From Squalus acanthias (lineage: Eukaryota), in the NCBI GenBank assembly GCA_030390025.1, contig CM059433.1, forward strand, positions 16,494,001-16,558,000: a stretch of 64,000 bases of DNA, read 5' to 3'. The translations under genes and the position numbers were made by a program. The notes beneath the pieces are model-generated. The model had not been told where the DNA came from, did not search any database, and saw only the letters and a program-made list of their open reading frames with translations. Below are positions 22,790 to 34,602 of the stretch, one piece after another (within the stretch, counting starts at the first letter, position 1; each line of letters begins with the position of its first letter).

Positions 22790-23429
22790 AAGCTTCTTGT
22801 TTTCCACATATGGATTCAGCCTCCATTCTTGTTTCGCGGCAGCCTCAACACTACAACATTAAATAATTTTTTTTTTTAAATCACGTTTTTAAAATGAGTT
22901 AAAATTACATTAAATTAAATATTTTTTACGGGGCTAAAAATAAACGTAACTTTTTAAAAAGTATTTTTGCATTATAAATGAGTGAAAAAAAATTAATTTT
23001 TTACTTTTTTAAACTCTTATGCTGGTAAAAGCAGGCCTCAGGTGTAAGATTTCTAAGGGTTTTCAGCGGGCGGAGGTTCTGCAGAAAGCGGAACTCTCCC
23101 CTCGCAGAGGCCCTTCTCCAGGGCAGGCGGAGGATCTGTCAAGAGGATTCTTAACAGATCGGAAGTGCTAGTTTTCAGCGCATGCGCTTCGCATGCCTGA
23201 AACCGGCACTTGCGAGGTCCCTACGGGTGTGTACACAGCTCGTACACACCTGTAGGGATCAGAAATTATGGGCCATTAAGCTATCAGAACTGGTAAAAGA
23301 CCACACCTGAAATGTTAACTAAGCCTTTCTTTCCCTCTCACTTGTTAACTGACATGTTGTACATTTCCAGCATTTCCCACTTCAAATGGTCTTTCCTTTT
23401 TAACTTCATAATCGTATTGTGTTCGACCG

Positions 23430-23596
23430 AGTTGGCAACCTGGGATAGCATCGCTCCAAATGGTAGTGTGTGACCTCTGGTGTGTTGCTTTTTCCTATTT
23501 ACCTTTCCTCCTGCCAACACCTCAAGTCAAAGTCTATTGGAGAAACATGATTGATGGCTAAAGGGTAATAGAATCCAGCTCACACATTTAGAGGTA
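23430..23596 (+). repeat. Segment A', duplicate of 18981-19146
   Basis: Direct alignment by eye; few substitutions and one 1-bp indel. Confidence 0.95.
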
Positions 23597-23914
23597 AGTG
23601 GAGATGTTATGTCAGTCCGTCAGACTCAAGAAAATGTAGGTGTTACAAAGCCTGCCGTAGCTATTCTCACGAGTTCAGTGGCACAGGGTACAGCCGCAAT
23701 CAGACCTTGTACCTCATACATTCATAACTCACCTAATATCTACCTATACGATAGAGTAACCCAGGGGATGTAACAATGCGTCCTACAAACTAGATACCAT
23801 AACCACGCGCCTGCTAGCATTTTATCGTTAACTGTAACCAAGAATATTAGTAATAAAACCAAGGGACTGAAAGCATTTCACATAAGAGTGCTAATTAGTG
23901 ATAATGCTCAGCAG

Positions 23915-24927
23915 ACAACAACAACAACAACAATAACGTGTATTCATATAGCGCCTTTAACGTAGTAAAACATCCCAAGGCGCTTCACAGGAGCATTATA
24001 AAACAAAATTTGACACTGAGCCACATAAGGAGATATTAGGACAGATGCTTGGTCAAAGAGGTAGGTTTTAAAGAGCATCTTAAAGGAGGAAAGCGAGGTA
24101 GAGAGGCGGAGAGGTTTAGGAAGGGAATTCCAGAGTGTAGGGCCTTGGCAGCTGAAGGCACGGCCGCCAATGGTGGCGTGATTAAAATCGGGGATGCTCA
24201 AGAGGGCAGAATTAGAGGAGCGCAGATATCTCAGTGGGTTGTAGGGCTAGAGGAGTATACAGAGATAGGGAGGGGCGAGTCCATGGAAGGATTTGAAAAC
24301 AAGAATTTTAAAATCGAGGCATTGTTTAACTGGGAGCCAATGTAAGTCAGCGAGCACAGGGGTGATGGGTGAACGGGACTTGGTGCGAGTTAGGACACGG
24401 GCAGCCGAGTTTTGGATGACCTCAAGCTTACGTAGGGTAGAACATGGGAGGCCAGTCAGGAGTGCGTTGGAATACTCAAGTTTAGAGGTAACAAAGGCAT
24501 GGATGAGGGTTTCAGCAGCGGATGAGCTGAGGCAGGGGAGGAGACGGGTGATGTTCCGGAGGTTGAAGTAGCGCGGTTATGTGGTCAGAAGCTCATCTTG
24601 AGGTCAAATATGACACCAAGATTACAAACACTCTGGTTCCATCTCAGACAGTTGCCAGGGAGAGGGATGGAGTCAGTGGCTAGGGAACGGAGTTTGTGGC
24701 CGGGACCAAAAACAATGGCTTTGGTCTTCCCAATATTTAGTTGGAGGAAATTTCTGCTGATCCAGTGCTGGATGTCGGACAAGCAGTCTGACAATTTAGA
24801 GACAGTAGAGGGGTCGGGAGAGGTGGTGGTGAGGTAGAGCTGGGTGTTGTCAGCGTACATGTGGAAACTGACGCTGTGTTTTCGGATGATGTCGCCGAGG
24901 GGCAGCATGTAGATGAGAAATAAGAGG
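23915..24927 (-). mobile_element. L2 LINE 3' fragment
   Basis: FHMYADNTQLYL, LQLNIGKT, GGRAFS...LWNSLP...FK..LKTYLF motifs; (TTG)n tail. Confidence 0.92.
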
Positions 24928-25536
24928 CTACCCCCACGGTATGCCCAGAAACAGGATAATCACTAATCATCGCCTCCATCTACCTGACCACAAGATAGAC
25001 ACATACCATAACCCATCGAATGGTGATTCACCAAATGGAGGTGCTGAGCTTCAGCAGAAATTGTGTACCTCTCTGCAATCCAAGTATGGTGGATACCAGA
25101 CCTTGAATATGAGTGAATGATCTCATCCACAGCCTCCTGGTAACACCTTCTGTCATGCTAAGTGTGGTAAAAATAGATTTTTGCCTGTGTTGGATTTTTT
25201 TAACTCATATTTTGTACTTCTAGAAACAATGTCACACAAAGCATTTTTTCAGCTGATAGTCATCTCCACAAGGTGTGAGATTTGCATGGCCCACGCAATG
25301 GTTGCCTGAAGTGTTAACTGGCTAATCAACTCAGAGCCATTATTTGGAACCGCAAATAACTCTGCCTTTGCCAAAGGTTGCATACATTTCATATTGGCAA
25401 ATGGCTATTTGTTCTAATATAATTATGAGGGACGTGGGTGCCTGTTGCTTTGTTCAGGAATGCTCTGTGGGTGGTCTGATATCAGCTGGGCAAAGATCAA
25501 TGAATAGGGCCCAAGCGTAGGTCAATGACTTCCATT

Positions 25537-25995
25537 GTCAGCTGTGGCTCAGTTGGCAGCACTCTTGCCTCTGAGTCAAAAGGGTGTGGGTTCAAAATCC
25601 CACTCCAGAGACTTAAATACAAAAATCTAGGCTGACACTCCAGTGCAGTACTGAGGGCATGCTGCACTGTTGGAGGTGCCTTCTTTCGGAGAAGATGTTA
25701 AACTTTTGCCCCGTTTGTTCTCTCAGGTTGGCGTAAAAGAATTCATGGCACTTTTTCGAAGAAGGCGTTATCCCGTGTATCCTGGACAATATTTATCCCT
25801 CAATCAACATTACTCAAACAGATTATCCGGTCATTATCACATTGCTCTTTGTGGGAGCTTGCTTTGCACAAAAAGGCTGCCACGTTTCCTACATTACAAT
25901 AGTGACTACACTTCAAAAGTACTTCATTGGCTGTGAAGCGCTTTGGGATGTCCTGAGGTCGTGAAAGGCACTATATAAATGCAAATCTTTCTTTC
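25537..25995 (+). mobile_element. DeuSINE/SacSINE1-type SINE, full length
   Basis: tRNA-like A/B boxes (TGGCTCAGTTGG, GGTTCAAAATCC); central CAGTGCAGTACTGAGGG...GCACTG domain; L2-type tail. Confidence 0.88.
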
Positions 25996-26041
25996 CATTG
26001 ACGGCTCCGTCCTTTGATAAGGATAGGGATAGGTTCATTGA

Positions 26042-26455
26042 TTTTTTTTTTCATTCTTGGGATATGGATGTCGCTGGCAAGGCCAGTATTTGTTGCCCAT
26101 TCGTAGTTGCCCTTGAGAAGGTGGTGGTGAGCCACTTTCTTGAACCGCTGCAGTCCACGTGGTGAAGGTACTCCCACAGTGCTGTTAGGTAGGGATTTCC
26201 AGGATTTTGACCCAGTGATGATGAAGGAACGGTGATATATGTCCAAGTCAGGATGGTGTGAGACCTGGAGGGAAACTTGGAGGTGATGGTGTTCCCATGC
26301 ACCCAGTACCCTTGTCCTTCTAGGTGGTGGAGGTTGCGGTTTTGGGAGATTCTGTCGAATTGCTGCAGTGTATCCTGTAGATAGTACACACTGCAGCCAC
26401 GGTGCACCAGTGGTGGACGGGATGGATGTTTAAGGTTTGGCTGGAGTGCTTTTCG
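26042..26455 (-). mobile_element. 3' end of a LINE, probably the family at 17040-18393
   Basis: Minus strand SWKSLPNSTVG...FKKVAHHHLL followed by 3' UTR and A-rich tail. Confidence 0.8.
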
Positions 26456-26774
26456 ACAGGCAGCTTGTGGTCAGAATTCTCATATTAGAGAATAATATTG
26501 GGAGCCAGCCTACAGCCAGAATCAGTCCATGTGTGAATCTCACAGCCAACAGCTCCAAGGCTATCTGTTTGACAAATGTTAAACTGCTTATCACTTGAAA
26601 CCCTTCCCTTCATGAGTCACAATTAATTTCACCCTTAGACAACTTTAAACATAAACCAGTGTGGTGATACCTTGCTTGTTTGAATATCCCGCTCCCTAAT
26701 AACATCCTAACTCTTGTCCCTTTCTTCTTTCCTCTTGGTCCCACTTAGTATGATCACATACTAGCTGGACATTG

Positions 26775-27786
26775 ATAGATGGAGCCCCTTGTGGTTAACA
26801 AAGGTTCCTGGCTGGCCCTGCGGTGCCCAGATGACAGCACGAGTGCAGTCGATTGTGCCCTGTATTGGAGGGTAGCCAGTCATTGCTGCCAACACCAAGG
26901 ATCTCGCGCTCTGGCTGTTTTCAACAATTGGGAACAGGGGGTTCGTGGTTCACTCTGGCAAGTAACACATTTGACAAATGCTTAACACTTATGGCCCGCC
27001 AACTGCGAGATGCGAGCGAAGGCCCCCGAAGCAGCCAGGAAGAATCCTGGAGGACAACGGTCACCTTCACAGCCCACTGGCCTGGCGTGGTCTTGGTGCC
27101 TGAGGCCGCAGAGGTCAGCAACTGCCAGCCTCGATAAGTGCAGCCTCCTCATGCACCGCTCCTCAGCGATGTCAGGATATGTGACCCTCGGCCTATAGAC
27201 CCTGTTGGGAGGCTAAGGCCTTCTGTAAGCAGGCCCCCTCACCTGCTGTACTCCCAGAGGCCGCCCTGCTGCTCCTGCTGGATGTTAAACCCTCTGCTAC
27301 CGTTGTCGCTGCTGCCCCTCTTCTCCCTCCTCCTCTTCCTGCACCCAGTAAAAGGCAGCTAGAGCAGTGGCCAGTTTTACAGCCTCTTCAGGGTCAGTAA
27401 AGCTAAGCGACTATCAGAAATAACCAATATTGCAACTCACAATTCCCCGCAAGTACAAACACCTGATCAGCGCACAGATGCCAATGATGTGAGCGCCTGT
27501 AGGTCCCTACCTGTTTAAATCCTTCAACCTGATGAAACTGCCACCAATCCCGCTCGATTTTGCCACTGATGGGCAGGACTTCAAGTTTCAGCAACAGAGG
27601 ACCCTGATTTTCATCACATTTATGAGGCTCCCACCTGCCTGTAGAGGGAGCCTCGCCTGACTCCAAAGTGCGCCCCAGTAAAATGGTGGTGGGCGCGCGG
27701 AAACTGGAAGCGGGATGGTAAATTCGCTCTCCCGATTTTTACCACTTTCATGTCCCGTTCCCACCTAGAGGGGGGTAAAATTCCCC
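26775..27786 (-). mobile_element. Decayed Harbinger with HARBI1-like transposase relic
   Basis: Minus strand gives GYPPIQGTIDCTRAVIWAPQGQPGTFVNHKGLH (~26778-26877) and WAVKVTVVL; TIR-like TAAAATTCCCC at 27776-27786. Confidence 0.75.
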
Positions 27787-28044
27787 ACAAGTCTGAGTTT
27801 ACTCAGTTTGTTGATCTGCATTCGGCCTCTCTCACTAAAGTGTTAATCAGTTCGCCTTTCAGAAGACTGGAGATTCAGACATGGAGGCACATGTCCAATC
27901 ACAGTATCCAATTCATATAATAAGGAGTTTTCACTGATATGACTAGATATTGGGCAGTAAAAGCAAACTTCTAATCGCAAGGAACATGAGATCTGTTAAT
28001 AGGGAGACCAGATAGGCTGAACCCGAGAATACCTAGCGCAAACC

Positions 28045-28505
28045 TGAAATTTGCAGATATTGTTCAAAGCCATAATAGAGCACTTGAGGACATTCACTGT
28101 CATATCAATCAGTCTCTGAGAGATAAAGATAGGTTAACATTTCGGGTTGTGATCTGTCATTCGAACAATCACTGTAGAAGCATTAAGTGCTTTTATATTA
28201 GGTGAGACCTATCTTAGTGTTGCTGGCTCCCAATGTGTGGGCTTCATGCAGCCAGAGGCAATCCCAGAGTAAACTTCCAGTTTGACCGTTTATCTCCTGG
28301 TCTTCCTGGCAGCTGGACTTACTTTGGGGTTGCTATGCAAACCAGTAGCAGTAGAATGAGTCTTGTGCAATATTAAAGCAGCTATCTTGTGCAACATTAA
28401 GCTATCAGAACTGATAAAAGACCACGCCTGAAATGTTAACTTAACCTCTCTTTCCCTCTCACTCGTTGCCTGACATGTTGTGCATTTCCAGCATTTCGCA
28501 CATCA
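28045..28505. mobile_element. Old Penelope inverted-pLTR relic
   Basis: GGTTAACATTTCGGG...GAAC arm (~28131-28166) and inverted arm CTGATAAAAGACCACGCCTGAAATGTTAAC...TTTCCAGCATTT (~28411-28496), a degenerate hammerhead region. Confidence 0.55.
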
Positions 28506-28554
28506 AATGGTCTTTCCTTTTTAACTTCATAATCGTGTTGTGTTCGACCGAGTT
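28182..28554 (+). repeat. Segment B (373 bp), uninterrupted copy of 19146-19150 + 20047-20258 + 23278-23433
   Basis: Near-identical sequence lacking both MITE insertions. Confidence 0.95.
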
Positions 28555-29744
28555 AAATGGTCAATAGAAATTGCAGAGCAAACGATTGTGGACGCATTAC
28601 TTAAGGAAAAGGTTTAGAGTTAGAATGGTTATAATTATGCTTTCAATCCCTATGTACTTTTAATGCTTTATTATAGGGGCAGCCGTTAACAATCTAACAG
28701 CAATGCCTTTGGGGCTCAGTTGCTCAATCCCTTTTCGTGGAGTGGTTCAACACATTTGATGAAAGACAAGCTTGTTTAAATCTGCCAGCTACCTCAAAAA
28801 TAACTGTGTACAATCAGGTCAGAACATTTAAAGGAGAATAAGTCTTATCATAACAGAAATTCTTTCCAGCGATAACAGCTGCAATATTTCCTATACATTC
28901 GCTAAAGTATGACATTTATGAGAAGCAAAAATTTAGTTTGAATGGCAGGCAACTCTGACTGCAAGAAAAGCCACCAATAAAGCCTAGGATCCTGTTATAA
29001 ATGTGGACTGTAGTGGAATCGACAGCTGGAATCAACACGAGGACAGCTTTCTGCTGCTTGTCCAGCCAGCCTACCCATAATGGTGAACTACAGATATCAG
29101 ATGGGCAGAAGACCAGGGATCCTATCTGTCTGTAGCACACTGTAATAGTTGTACTGGCGCTCCGGGAGATTGGTGCTGAAGTGATGGCCGATCACCCCTG
29201 CGTGTCACCGTCCCCTTTTCACTGTACCTGGGCCCCTCTGGCCAACAAAAAGAGCCTCCTGCATCGCTGATCTGTGTTCCAAGGACCCACATAAACTTGG
29301 TGCACCGAGCTCACCTGTCCAATAGCATAGTGTGCCAGTGGCAGGATTACCATGCACCTGCAGGCAATGGTACACTGTCAATGTAAAAGTACCATTAGTA
29401 AGGTGGAGACAGAACCAGACTCTCATGCTGTGTGGTTCATTCTATTCAACAACATTCCCTACGATGAGCACACGGAAAGTGGGGTTGCCTGGCAACATAT
29501 GTCCATCATAAGCAACAAAATAGTCATGCCGTTCCAGTGATTAAAACTGGGGGTGGGGGGGGTGGACGGAATTGGTTGACTGTTATGTCGGCTTAATGTT
29601 TTTAAGTGGGAGTTCTATGATAATTTTTACAGTTTTCCACTGATCTATATTGACCACCACTTCACGATGTTGGATAACTTTCATTAGCAAATCTGAATAA
29701 AGCAGAGAGAGCTGCCTTCAATGCTCATTGACGTGTTAAAGGCA

Positions 29745-29990
29745 ATCTATCCCTTTCTGGCTGGATAGCCTCTGGGTCCAGATAGATTCCCAGCTAACTT
29801 CTACAAAAATTGTGCTTGCTGTGGCTCACCTCTTGCTGAATGTTTCTCGTTATTTCAGAAATACAGATACAGTGCCAGACATGCAGAGAGACATTGTTGT
29901 CTCATACATAAAAACGGCAAGAATCCATGGACTGCACCTCCCACAAGTCTACATCATTATTAATCTGTGATTTGAAAAGCTATGCAGTTG
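29745..29990 (+). pseudogene. Degenerate L1/Tx1-type ORF2 RT fragment
   Basis: ASGPDRFPANFYK...LIHKNGKNP...CTSHKSTSLLICDLK resembles KAPGPDGF..EFYK...LI.K.GKD...YRPISLLN.D.K. Confidence 0.6.
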
Positions 29991-30612
29991 AAAGTTTTTC
30001 ATCTGCCGAATGTTTGATGTTTCCCTCAGGAGTGGCAAGGAGTCTCCTGTGTCCGTAAATTGTGATGCATTTTGACCGTCTCACACTTACTGAAAAACAA
30101 CCACCACAACCATTCACTGTCTCTCAAAAAATTATCATTCACAAAAAGGACTAATAATCTCCATTAAAAAATTAGAAAGCCATTGAATGACATGAAAGTG
30201 TTCTAACTCCCCTCCCCCTCTTTACTTCTCCCTTCCCCAACCATCTTGGGAGCTCCCTAACATGGAAATGTTGATTCTTCAGCCTGCTCCTAACCTGCCT
30301 TGTTCCCTACTCTCATTTCTCTTCAGACGTTTTCATCAGTTCTTCTACCCCTGTCATGGGCCTTCCCTCTCTTACCAGCCTCAGCCTTGCCTTTTGCAGG
30401 CTGTCTGGAGCTCCTACTGTTGATTGTGATCCTCCTTCCCAGTACATTTTAGGTCATTTTTGAGTGCATGGTCTTTCTGAAGTGCCCTTCAACTTGGCTT
30501 TATGCCACTTAGTGACATGATCGCTTCTTCAGGGTAATGCACGCTAAGGTACACCTTGAGAAGACAATAAGGTCACAGAGGAAAAAATAGACAGAGGAAC
30601 TAGCAGGACTGA

Positions 30613-30995
30613 AGAAAGAAAGGACGTTCATTTATATGGTACTTTAGAATATTGAACAATGTTCCAAACTGCTTTACAACTGTTGAAGTGTAGTCACTGT
30701 TGTCATGTAAGAAAACATGGCAGCTTATTTATGCCCAGCAAGGTCTCACACTCAGCAATTGATTGAGTGACCAGATGATCATCTTCTTTTGGTGCTGATG
30801 TTTGAGGGGAAAACTAGGCTGACATTGCAGTGTAATACTGAGGGTTTGTTTTATTGTTAGAAGTACTGTCCTTCAGACAGGATGTTAAACTGAAGCCCTG
30901 TTTGCCTGCTCAGATGGACATAAAATATCCCATGGCACTAATTTGAACAATGGTCAACAGCCTTCCCTCAACCAACAGCCCCCAAAATAGACAGT
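30613..30995. mobile_element. Two degenerate DeuSINE-type fragments in opposite orientation
   Basis: Tail on minus strand (30613-30810) and central domain on plus strand (30815-30995). Confidence 0.6.
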
Positions 30996-31739
30996 GGCCC
31001 AGAAATTAAAGACGGAGCCTTCCTGCGGGGGTAAGGCTTCCCCGCGATATCTCACTGCGCACCTGCCTTTTCCTTCCGAGCTCGCACGAACTTGAGTTTC
31101 TAGACAGCAGCTGTGCAGTGTGTGCGTATCCCACAGACGCAGTTAATTCGTGCGAGCTGTGGGATCACGTGATTCAGTTAGAGCCAATGGCAGCACACCA
31201 TCTTTCATTCATAGTTTTCACAGCAAGGGCTGTGAAAGCTATGAATACTATACCCCCCCAAAAGAACAGCTAAACCTCAATTAATTTTTTTTTAAAAACC
31301 ATCACATTAATAAAATAAGTATAGTTAAATAAATTAACCACTTTAAACAAAAAATTAAATTTTTGAAAAAATGTTAAATCTTTTTAAAAGTTATAAAAAT
31401 AAACTTACCTTTCTTTAAAGTCTCTAAAAAAGATATACCTGTTGAAAATATTCAAAATAATACTTAATTAACTACTTACCTTGTTAAAAGAGGGTCTTAC
31501 GCCTCCTTTCTTTATGTGCAAAATCTTCCATGCTTACCTGCGCGTTCAAAGCACTAAGTGCACTGCGTGCGCGCAGCCTGTAGCGCGCACGCGGTTCACT
31601 TAGGAACCGCCCCCTTTTGAAATCACCAAGTGCCGGTTTTCAGCGCATGCGCAGTGCATGCAGAAAACCGGCAATTGGAGACAGAATACGCGAGAGTACA
31701 CAGTGCGTACTCTCGCGTAGTGAGACTAATTTTTGGGCC
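30996..31739 (+). mobile_element. Harbinger-type MITE family C
   Basis: TIR GGCCCAGAAATT / AATTTTTGGGCC; AGT/ATT flanks; homologous to 61664-62424. Confidence 0.88.
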
Positions 31740-32555
31740 ATTATCTAGTCACTTGCTTTTCGTGGGACCTGCAACATTATAACTGCAGCCAAACCGAAGA
31801 TGGCATCCCAATCTAAAGGCTTTGTATGATGCATGATTTGAAAATAGTCTGAATGACTTAAATTTTAATCACTTCAACAGTGAATTCCGTAGCATACATT
31901 CATAACCTTCACTTGCCTTCAAGCACTTGCTGATATGCATTTCGGGGAATTTGACAGCATGTTGGGGAGCGGGCTCCAAGCTGCCGACTTCTAGGTTTCA
32001 CTGCAGCGTGTTAGGCTGCGTGCGCGCAGCCCCCGCGGGAGAAGCGAGTGGCCAATTAACATATGTTAATCGTGCAATCAGAGCGATATTGGCATGGATT
32101 TTTCAGTTTAACTTTGGGTCCACGGGTTTCCCGGAACTCGCCAGTGAAAGCGAGGCAAATACACAACAGCAATTGAGGGGGCTGAATCAATCTCAGGGAA
32201 ATATGCCAATAAGTACTCAGTACTCACAGCTGCGTTCTTACCTGCTAGTGGAAACGGTTTGGTCACTGTACTTGTGCTGAGAGTTGACTTTTTACACTTT
32301 GGAGGTTTCTTCAACACTTTGGAGGTATTATCTACACTTTGGAGGTTTAAAGGTCTGATCTGCACTTTGGAGGTCTGATCTATCAGATCAGGTTGGGTGG
32401 CACTTATGCTGCCTTAGGTTGGACCTCAGATGAGGACCAAGATGACCAGCGACAGCAGCAGCAACAGTGGCAGCAGCAGCCTGCTGGTTACTGACCTGCA
32501 GCTCCACAGGAGAGAGGAGAGCAGCAGAGAGCTGCCGCTCGCAAGAGGCCATTCC

Positions 32556-33085
32556 TGGTACACGGGGTCTACAGGCAGAGGATAAGTTTCCTCGACACGA
32601 CTGAACACCAGTGTCTCAGAAAGCTCAGGGTGTCGTGTCAGGTGGTGCCAAACATTTGCAGCCAGCTGGAACAAGACCTGCTGCCAGCTGGACCTGGTGG
32701 CCACGCTTTACCAGTGGCTGTCAAAATCACCACCACACTCAACTTTTTCGTCTCTGGATTCTTCCAGGGCTCTGCCGGAGACATTCGCAGGATCTCCCAG
32801 TCGGCGGCACACAAATGTATAAGGCGGGTAACTGATGGCTTGTTTGCCAGGGCTGCCAATTATGTCAACTTTGCCTGCAATTAAGCCTTTCAGAATGAAC
32901 GGGCGCTCGGGTTTGCGGCTCTGACTGGCTTCCCACAGGTGCAGGACGTCATCGACTGCATACATGTGACAATTAAGGCATCCATAGGTCACCCAGGAGT
33001 GTTTGTCAACTGCAAGGGCTTTCACGCCATCAATGTGCAGCTGATGTGAAACCACAAGAAGATCTTTATGCAGGTGTGCTTCAGA
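32556..33085 (+). pseudogene. HARBI1-like DDE transposase fragment with stops
   Basis: RVYRQRISFLD...LPVAVKITTTLNFFVSGFFQ...ISQSAAHKCIRRVT...[14 protein letters not shown]...[14 protein letters not shown]. Confidence 0.9.
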
Positions 33086-33920
33086 TCGGTGAGGCACTGC
33101 AAGGCCAAGGCTAGGATCACGGTCATCCTATTTAAGGTGGTATCCAGAGTCTGCAAGCCCTTGTTGAAGGCTTGCAAGCACTTGTTCGATTGCTGCCTTT
33201 GATGCTCCAAGCAGTTGACCACTCTATCCATGGAAGAAGACATCATCGCACTGGCCTGCTTAAGGCGGACTCCTCCAATGTCTCTGCAATCGTGGACAGT
33301 GTGCTTGGAACTCCTGTCAGTACATCGCACATTCTCTGCTGCTGCTCAATGATTATCCTCTTCATCGACGGTCCCTGGGATACAGCATCTGCGCCCAGCT
33401 GAGCAGAGCTTGGAGAGGCCTGCACCTTTCGACGCAGACTCTCCGCTGCTGTCCCTGACTCCACCATCTGCTCTTGCTCACTTGTGAAGTGCTAGTCACC
33501 AGGTGAAAACCCAACTATCTCTGTAACTGGTCCCACCGAAGTGCGAGTATCTGAGCTGGTGCATGGTCTGCATGAGTCCTGTCACGGTGCACCCTCAGAG
33601 GGATTGAGCTCTTCTGAGGAGTCATCAATGCAACCTCGACCAACTCCTGCTGGACACGTGAAGGCCCTGTGGGAGATAAAAGACATGAATGAGTACTGTC
33701 AAGGTATTGCGAGAGGCATGACATTGCATAAGGATGAGGGTGAGTGTCAGTGGTGGATGGATAAATTGGGATGTGAGGAAGTGCATAGACCGAGAGGGAT
33801 GGGTGTACCTGCAAGGTAAGTTGGTGTGAGGAGTGATGTACTGGAATAGGCTTGAAAAGGCAGAGTGAGGTGGTTAGGGTGATACATACATCAGGATGTA
33901 GGTGAATGTGCCACTGCTCT

Positions 33921-34160
33921 CACCTTTCCTGCCCTGGTTAGGTCATTAAGCTGCTTCCTGCATTAGATCCAGGAGCGTGGCACCACGCTCCTGCTGCTGA
34001 CCTCTTCTGTCACCTCCAACCACGCCTCCTTGGTTCCCCCAGCAGGCTTCTTCCTCCCGTTGGTAGGGAACAGAATCTCCCTCCGGGTCCTCACAGCCCC
34101 CAGCTGCACGTCAAGGGAGGCGTCCGTGAAACGAGCTTCCATTCTGACCTTCCTCATCAT
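33921..34160 (-). pseudogene. Harbinger Myb/SANT-like DNA-binding protein, exon 1 relic
   Basis: ARFTDASLDVQLGAV..RREILFP...AWLEVTEEVSS...RSWI*CRKQLNDLTRAGK then GTGAGA donor; later exon relic at ~33090-33670. Confidence 0.85.
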
Positions 34161-34602
34161 TTCTTCCCAACTTCAACTTGCATATTTGGAGTGTCCCTTT
34201 AAATACTGTAGTTGAGATCGTGTCGTGCAGGTTGTCATCACGGCCGCTGACGCTGATTGGATGGGAAACCCAGAAATAAAATGCTAATGAAGTGGCTGCG
34301 TTAAAAGCCACTGACAGACATGCTTAACATATTTCCAGGTTTACCACGCACTATTGCGCACCCCAACCCCTCCCCACCCCGCTCCCAGCCCGTCTGCACA
34401 TTAAAATCCAGCCCATAATTTTTATTTTGCAAAGAATCAGAAAGAATTTACAACAGGTCTATGCTGGTGCTATGCTCCACATGAGCCTCCTCCCACCCCA
34501 ATTCATGTCACCCTATCAGCATACAGGTTCTTCAATAGGGACTTCAATTTAAGGAACCCTGACATTTAACAATGCCGTGTAAATAGGCAGATACAACACT
34601 TC

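Larger units (their letters stand above)
20530..22850 (+). mobile_element. Ty3/Gypsy LTR retrotransposon, CsRn1/Kabuki clade, internally deleted
   Basis: TG...CA ends; CTAC TSD (20526-20529, 22851-22854); 5' LTR 20530-20775; 3' LTR remnant 22787-22850; tRNA-Trp PBS. Confidence 0.95.
20259..23274. mobile_element. Harbinger-type MITE (GGCCC-TIR group) interrupted by a Gypsy element
   Basis: TIR GGCCCGTAATTT / AAATTATGGGCC; AAT/ATT TSD; empty site GCAAC-ATT-AAGCTA at ~28391-28404; related to 41139-41912. Confidence 0.9.
31944..34414. mobile_element. Internally deleted Harbinger transposon with convergent transposase and Myb genes
   Basis: Transposase on + strand, Myb/SANT on - strand; right TIR TAAAATCCAGCCC; left end approximate. 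Confidence 0.85.

Noticed and set aside
20928..22807. Overlapping alternative-frame and antisense ORFs within the Gypsy ORF
   Set aside because: Shadow ORFs caused by high GC3; no recognisable domains.
25537..25610. tRNA-like sequences with A/B boxes (also 13090-13167, 16630-16703, 54891-54968)
   Set aside because: These are SINE heads continuing into SINE bodies, not tRNA genes.
32295..32374. Four CACTTTGGAGGT repeats with short variable spacers (CRISPR-like look)
   Set aside because: Repeats (12 bp) and spacers (8-17 bp) are too short, there are no cas genes, and the context is a eukaryotic transposon UTR.
32556..33085. Possible domesticated HARBI1 gene
   Set aside because: In-frame stops, truncation before the later catalytic motifs, and location within a TIR-ended element next to a Myb relic.
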